A stretch of 64,000 bases of DNA from a virus. The stretch is from positions 1 to 64,000 of IMG/VR virus record IMGVR_UViG_3300025154_000069. One strand, 5' to 3'. The translations under genes and the position numbers were made by a program. Below the pieces are notes generated by a model, which saw only the letters and a list, made by a program, of their open reading frames with translations, did not search any database and was not told the origin of the DNA. This document shows positions 59,646 to 64,000 of this stretch, one piece after another (positions within the stretch are counted from its first letter, which is position 1; each line of letters opens with the position of its first letter).

Positions 59646-60135
59646 CAGGGGTAATGACATTGATCTGTCATTCTTACCAGAGGCAGCGGTTGATAGAATA
59701 ACCGATATATTTGATTCTTACAAGAACACCAAGGTTATTCCATCAGTAGCTAAACCTTCGGGAGCACCAGAATTTCCTAATAAAGTTTCCGGGGTAGACT
59801 TGAATGAGCTTAGGGATTATCATTCACAATTCGAGAGTTGGCTCGGTTACACAAAAGACAGACTAAAATTCTTTAAAGTAGTCAAAACTGTAGTGTCTGA
59901 TCTCATGGATGATGCCTATAACAAGCGTATGGCTGATTTAAAAGATGCTAAGGGGAATATTGAGGGTAAGAAAGCTCATGCAAGAATAGGGAAAGAGTAT
60001 TTAAACCTAAAAGCTATTTACATAAAGGCAGAAGCTCTTGAAGAAATGTTGTATAATGAGACTACAAGGCTTGAAAGCCATGTAATGTCGCTAAGAGCCG
60101 AATTAAAAAGTAGAGAGTTGAACTCTAATTTTTAA
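59626..60135 (+). CDS. Helical protein, possibly a UvsY-like recombination mediator
   Basis: Coiled-coil pattern and context only. Confidence 0.4.
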   Translation: MKLTKHNRGNDIDLSFLPEAAVDRITDIFDSYKNTKVIPSVAKPSGAPEFPNKVSGVDLNELRDYHSQFESWLGYTKDRLKFFKVVKTVVSDLMDDAYNKRMADLKDAKGNIEGKKAHARIGKEYLNLKAIYIKAEALEEMLYNETTRLESHVMSLRAELKSRELNSNF

Positions 60136-60139
60136 TAGG

Positions 60140-60628
60140 GTGGAAAAGAAAACTACAAATAGGCGAACATGGAAAAACTTCGAGACCGAGGTTGCCAAGA
60201 TGTTTGGAACGAGCAGAACACCTCTTAGCGGTGCGGTTCAAAGTTTAACAAGAGCAGATACTCTCCACGCTAAATTGTTTTTTGAGTGTAAGCTCAGGAA
60301 TGAAGATCACCCTTTTGTTATTTTACACAAGATTTTTTCCAACCATAATAAGACCGTTATAGCCTGTGATAGCCTTTTAATTATGCACGATTCGGTGTTT
60401 GATGAGTTATACAGAACTAAGCTTACGGTAAAAAAGATTAGGCTAACACACAAAATTGTATATAAGAATTTAAAAAGTATTGTAACTTTGTACGACAAAA
60501 CAAGAGAAAAGGCAGAAATTGAGAAGAAAATACCGGTAGTTGCCATAAAGATTAAAAGCAAAAGGGGGTTCTTCTTGGGGTTTGACCTTAAAGACTATCA
60601 AGAAATTTTAGACTACTATGGAGAATAA
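60140..60628 (+). CDS. Second PD-(D/E)XK resolvase-like nuclease
   Basis: WKNFE.EVA...R.PLSG...D...FECK...KIPVV. Confidence 0.7.
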   Translation: MEKKTTNRRTWKNFETEVAKMFGTSRTPLSGAVQSLTRADTLHAKLFFECKLRNEDHPFVILHKIFSNHNKTVIACDSLLIMHDSVFDELYRTKLTVKKIRLTHKIVYKNLKSIVTLYDKTREKAEIEKKIPVVAIKIKSKRGFFLGFDLKDYQEILDYYGE

Positions 60629-60914
60629 AAGCAGCATTTTGTTTGTAAAAAGTACAACGCCAACCAAACAGTTAGCATCCTCGATCGTATTGAAATATGA
60701 ATCGGAAGGAGCTAAGGTAATCGTTTTACGGTCTATTGGAGCCGGGAGCATAGCACAGTGTACTTATGGAATCCTTGTCGCAAAGGGAATACTCGAAAAA
60801 AAGGGAAAATCGGTGTCGATGGATTTCAAGTATGTCGATGTTATAAATACCCGGGAAAACAAAGATACAAAGCCGAAAATAACTGCGGTGGAGTATACGG
60901 TCTCCGTATATTAA
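60618..60914 (+). CDS. SpoVS-like (Alba-fold) protein
   Basis: V...T....LASSI......LRSIGAGSIAQ....I.VAKG...ITA resembles the SpoVS IGAGA.NQ..KA.A.ARG pattern. Confidence 0.7.
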   Translation: MENKSSILFVKSTTPTKQLASSIVLKYESEGAKVIVLRSIGAGSIAQCTYGILVAKGILEKKGKSVSMDFKYVDVINTRENKDTKPKITAVEYTVSVY

Positions 60915-60944
60915 AACAGAATTATAAATAGAAGAATAGATTAT

Positions 60945-61334
60945 ATGTTAGAAGTTAAGATTATTCCTAAAAGGAGTGAATCCTTTAAGTTAATTTATGT
61001 TGAAGGAGAAATATTGAAGCTTTTCGGTGAGAGGATAAAGGGTTATTTTTTAATTGACACGGGAGCCACACTATCCATTATACACAGTAATTATTCGGAC
61101 TTCCTTAGAGATACAGAATCAATAACGCTTGTAGGTGTTACAGGACAGAAAAAAACCAAGCATGGAATACTTGATATTGAGATCGGGGGTAGTAAATTTA
61201 CCATAATGAATGCGGTTTCTTCTGACTTTAAACCTATGAAAAAGGGTACGTACTTAGGCATATTGGGCTTAGATTTCCTTATAGAAAATAGCTGTACTAT
61301 AAATTTAGTTGAAAATATTTTGCATATTAATTAA
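60945..61334 (+). CDS. Retropepsin-like aspartic protease
   Basis: FLIDTGAT.S, flap GVTG, GILGLDFL. Confidence 0.9.
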   Translation: MLEVKIIPKRSESFKLIYVEGEILKLFGERIKGYFLIDTGATLSIIHSNYSDFLRDTESITLVGVTGQKKTKHGILDIEIGGSKFTIMNAVSSDFKPMKKGTYLGILGLDFLIENSCTINLVENILHIN

Positions 61335-61349
61335 AAGGTGTTATCTTTG
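61319..61349 (+). promoter_or_regulatory. Consensus Bacteroidota promoter for the peptide gene
   Basis: TTTG-N19-TATCTTTG. Confidence 0.8.
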
Positions 61350-61406
61350 TTTCAACTAAAGTATACTACATGTTGTATTTTTAAAAAGGTTTAAAATTTT
61401 ATAGCT

Positions 61407-61526
61407 ATGAAAAAGACCATCGTTTTAGGTGTGGGCGCATTAGCCAAATCTGCAATTTCAAGAACAAGAAGTTTGGTTCAAAGATCAAATGCATTTAACG
61501 CCACATTAGCCGGAGGCGGAAGATAA
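61407..61526 (+). CDS. 39-aa peptide MKKTIVLGVGALAKSAISRTRSLVQRSNAFNATLAGGGR (not in ORF track)
   Basis: Only ORF between a consensus promoter and a strong terminator; AT-rich leader. Confidence 0.75.
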   Translation: MKKTIVLGVGALAKSAISRTRSLVQRSNAFNATLAGGGR

Positions 61527-61552
61527 GTACCCTCCAAACTAATCGCACATAC

Positions 61553-61582
61553 TAAGCACCTATAATCAGGTGCTTATTTTTT
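61553..61582 (+). terminator. Rho-independent terminator
   Basis: TAAGCACCT-ataatc-AGGTGCTTA plus T run. Confidence 0.85.
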
Positions 61583-61610
61583 AAGTTTAAGAATCTATAT
61601 TTTGGCAGTC

Positions 61611-64000
61611 ATGACTTCATATGAAGATAAATTCGTTCCTTTTTTAGCAGTAACCCCAAACAAGCAATTTTTCAATTTATTTCAAAGAGCCGGGGTTAAG
61701 AATATCCTTATTTCCTACTACTACATAAAAAAGAATCCAAGTCTTGCAAGAGATTTTATGGATTATGCTTCCTCGGTTGGTGGACTTGTTATGGTTGACT
61801 CCGGGGTTTTTACTTTATATGCCGAGAAAAAGGTGAGGGAGGATGATGAGTACCTTAAATTCCTTGAAGAGTATGTTAGGTTCCTACACACAGATAAGAA
61901 CAGAATTTTCTCTGCCTGTAACTTCGATATGGATATACTTTTCGGGTATGATAAAATAGATAAATGGAACGAAAAATTCTTTGAGCCGTTAGAAGGGGAT
62001 ATTAACATCATATATGCGGTGCATCCGATTGGCAACCACAACCCGCTAACACGATTTAAGGAATACTCAGAAAAATATAAGTATTTAGCTATAAACGAGG
62101 ATTTAACCAAATATGCACAAAGTATTTATCAGTTAGCTAAGAGAACGGGAACCAATATACATGGGTTAGCATGGACTAAACCTACTTATTTAAAGCAGTA
62201 CCCATTCTTCTCGGTCGATAGTGTTACAGGAGATTCTGTTGTAGACATTCAAATTGATGGGGTATCTATGAGTATACCTATTGAAGAGTTATATAGGTTT
62301 TTTTCTCCAACAGCAGTAGAAAATTCTAAGGGTCAATTTGTGACTAATCCGGACAATGTAAATGCTTTAACCCTAAATAAAGACAATAAACTTATATGGT
62401 CTAAACTTTCCGGTGTTCTTATGCATGCAGTAAAAAAAGAGATGTTTAAAATCACCTTGGAGGGAAATATAAGTATTGATGTAACCTCTGACCACTCTTT
62501 AATTTCTATGGATAAAGATGGGTTACTTTATGAACTTAAACCCAACAGCTTAACTACTGATAGTTTTTTGCTGTATAAAAAATTTTCCCCCAATAAAAAT
62601 AGCGATGTTCCTTTCATAGATTTTACAATAGACCCTAAAAAATACAGTCACATAGCTGGGGAGCACAGAGTTGTTCTCGATGAGATATTTCTTAATTTTC
62701 TTGGGTATTGGGTTGGAAATGGGCATTTTGATAAAGGAAATATTTGTATTTCCGGGTATCAGTATTCGGAGGTCGCCAAAATTATTGAGCGAATAGCAGA
62801 GAGATATGAAAGAACGGTTAACATAAGGGATAATGGTATAGATTGCTATATAAGCTGTACTTGGTTAGCAACCCTTATGCGGCATATGGGATTTTTAAGT
62901 GGTTCAGCTAACAAAAGTATTCCAAACATTATTTTTACTTTATCTACCAAACAAATTTGTTGGTTTTTAAAGGGATATTATTCTGCTGATGGTAGTGGCT
63001 ATTCTGCAAGTTGTTCAACAATATCTAAATCTTTATCTCTTGATTTGTCCACTATTTTAAGTAACTTAGGGATAATATTCAGCCTAAGTAAAAAAGAGGG
63101 TAAGATAGGCGGGTATAGTAGTGGAAAAAGCACTCTATACACTATAAGTATAGTAGACACCAATAGTAAAAAGGTATTCTTAGAAAAAATAGGCTTCCTA
63201 CAGGATTACAAGACAAAGATTATTGGGGATGAGATAGCAAAAAGGGTGGGTAAGAATCAGGTATGGAGTAAAAAATTAGGTGTTCCCAAGGTACTATCTC
63301 TTAAAGGCAATATAAAGCATAAAAAGTATTCTGCATCAATTAGCTCTATAAAAGGTTGGAGAATAAATAGAGAAAATAACAGAGGATTTTTTTCTGATAA
63401 AGTGTTGGACTCAGATGTTCTATTTCTTAAAGTAGTAGCTATTGATAAGTATGTTCCCGATGATGATATATTGGTATATGATCTTTGTGTTCCGGAGACA
63501 GAAAACTTTATAGCTAACGGTGTTGTAGTGCATAACAGCTCTTCTTGGGTAGGCTATCAAAAGTACGGCTCTACTGTTTACTTTGATGGGAAGGAGTTTT
63601 ATCAGTATGATAACAAGAAAAAAGATATACGGAAGAGCTTGCGCCCATACTGTATTAAGTATGGTGTTAAATTTTATGAGTATGTTAATGAAAAAGATGA
63701 AAAGACGGGGGCGCACAATGATGGCGAAGGATTGACGTTTTCTATAAAAAGTTGGCTTGAAGTGTTGGAATCTATCAAAAAAATTGCTAATTTTAAACTA
63801 AAAACAAAAATCAAGGACATGATAAAGAATGATAAGCTCGTTGAATCCGTCACAGACTCGGAAGAGGATGATGAAGAAGGTATGAGCCTGAGTGAGGCGG
63901 TTGCCACTACAGAAAGCGGTGCAGCAGCTTATGAGTTGGTTATAGCAAAAGATGTAATTTCTTATGACAATATTCCAAATACGCATAAGAACATTATGCT
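61611..64000 (+). CDS. TGT-fold, DpdA-like DNA guanine transglycosylase; intein-containing; runs off the window (not in ORF track)
   Basis: Hand-translated open frame: ILISYYY, VDSGVFT, NFDMD, AVH, IHGLA, YPFFSVD|SSSW..YG; acidic linker near the window end. Confidence 0.8.
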   Translation, partial: MTSYEDKFVPFLAVTPNKQFFNLFQRAGVKNILISYYYIKKNPSLARDFMDYASSVGGLVMVDSGVFTLYAEKKVREDDEYLKFLEEYVRFLHTDKNRIFSACNFDMDILFGYDKIDKWNEKFFEPLEGDINIIYAVHPIGNHNPLTRFKEYSEKYKYLAINEDLTKYAQSIYQLAKRTGTNIHGLAWTKPTYLKQYPFFSVDSVTGDSVVDIQIDGVSMSIPIEELYRFFSPTAVENSKGQFVTNPDNVNALTLNKDNKLIWSKLSGVLMHAVKKEMFKITLEGNISIDVTSDHSLISMDKDGLLYELKPNSLTTDSFLLYKKFSPNKNSDVPFIDFTIDPKKYSHIAGEHRVVLDEIFLNFLGYWVGNGHFDKGNICISGYQYSEVAKIIERIAERYERTVNIRDNGIDCYISCTWLATLMRHMGFLSGSANKSIPNIIFTLSTKQICWFLKGYYSADGSGYSASCSTISKSLSLDLSTILSNLGIIFSLSKKEGKIGGYSSGKSTLYTISIVDTNSKKVFLEKIGFLQDYKTKIIGDEIAKRVGKNQVWSKKLGVPKVLSLKGNIKHKKYSASISSIKGWRINRENNRGFFSDKVLDSDVLFLKVVAIDKYVPDDDILVYDLCVPETENFIANGVVVHNSSSWVGYQKYGSTVYFDGKEFYQYDNKKKDIRKSLRPYCIKYGVKFYEYVNEKDEKTGAHNDGEGLTFSIKSWLEVLESIKKIANFKLKTKIKDMIKNDKLVESVTDSEEDDEEGMSLSEAVATTESGAAAYELVIAKDVISYDNIPNTHKNIM
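62220..63536 (+). mobile_element. Intein with LAGLIDADG domain in the DpdA-like gene (439 aa)
   Basis: N-term SVTGDS, block B VTSDHSL, FLGYWVGNG, KSIP, FLKGYYSADG, VYDLCV..ENFIANGVVVHN|S. Confidence 0.93.

Larger units (their letters stand above)
1..64000 (+). mobile_element. Segment of a contractile-tailed dsDNA bacteriophage, probable Bacteroidota host; no integrase or repressor seen
   Basis: Co-directional terminase, portal, capsid, sheath, tube, tape measure, baseplate and replication genes; TAnnTTTG promoters; no host housekeeping operons. Confidence 0.95.

Noticed and set aside
60945-61334. Retroelement (gag-pol) remnant
   Set aside because: No RT, integrase or gag; stand-alone retropepsins occur in bacteria and phages
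189-63986. Minus-strand ORFs in the track (for example 1394-1846, 25295-26140, 45928-46464, 56653-57093, 61763-62110)
   Set aside because: S/F/L-rich shadows of K/E-rich + strand genes, with no motifs or promoters
61611-64000. Apparent 2.4-kb gene-free or pseudogene region at the window end
   Set aside because: It is one uninterrupted + frame; it is missing from the track only because its stop lies outside the window
1-64000. Stop-codon reassignment, tRNA genes, integrase or att sites
   Set aside because: Conserved genes are full length in code 11; no cloverleaf or recombinase motifs noticed by eye (tRNAscan not run)

Overview
The whole window reads as one tailed dsDNA phage genome segment with a contractile tail (myovirus type), every credible gene on the + strand. 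Several TTTG-N19-21-TAnnTTTG promoters and A-rich starts without Shine-Dalgarno motifs point to a Bacteroidota host. Layout: (1) 1-1.9 kb, a compositionally distinct unit (promoter, long structured leader, one gene, terminator, 24-bp tandem repeat). (2) 1.9-9.8 kb, small early-type ORFs including an amino-DNA methyltransferase, a DUF550-like dNTP pyrophosphatase and an array of five tandem KOW/SH3-like paralogues. (3) 9.9-40.6 kb, packaging, head, tail, baseplate and fibre genes, with an intein in the terminase Walker A motif, a -1 frameshift in the tail chaperone, three small very basic paralogues inside the baseplate module and an Asp-box (sialidase-like) spike. (4) 40.7-61.3 kb, replication and recombination genes (SF2 helicase, loader, DnaB, primase, FolE, SSB, RNase H, Pol A, RecA/UvsX, amidase, nucleases, MoxR+vWA, SpoVS-like, retropepsin). 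(5) 61.3-64 kb, two genes missing from the ORF track: a 39-aa peptide ending LAGGGR with its own promoter and terminator, and a TGT/DpdA-like guanine transglycosylase running off the window and split at its catalytic D-SSSW motif by a 439-aa LAGLIDADG intein. FolE plus the DpdA-like gene suggest 7-deazaguanine DNA modification, and CCWGG appears strongly avoided. All calls are motif-based by eye; no database searches were run.
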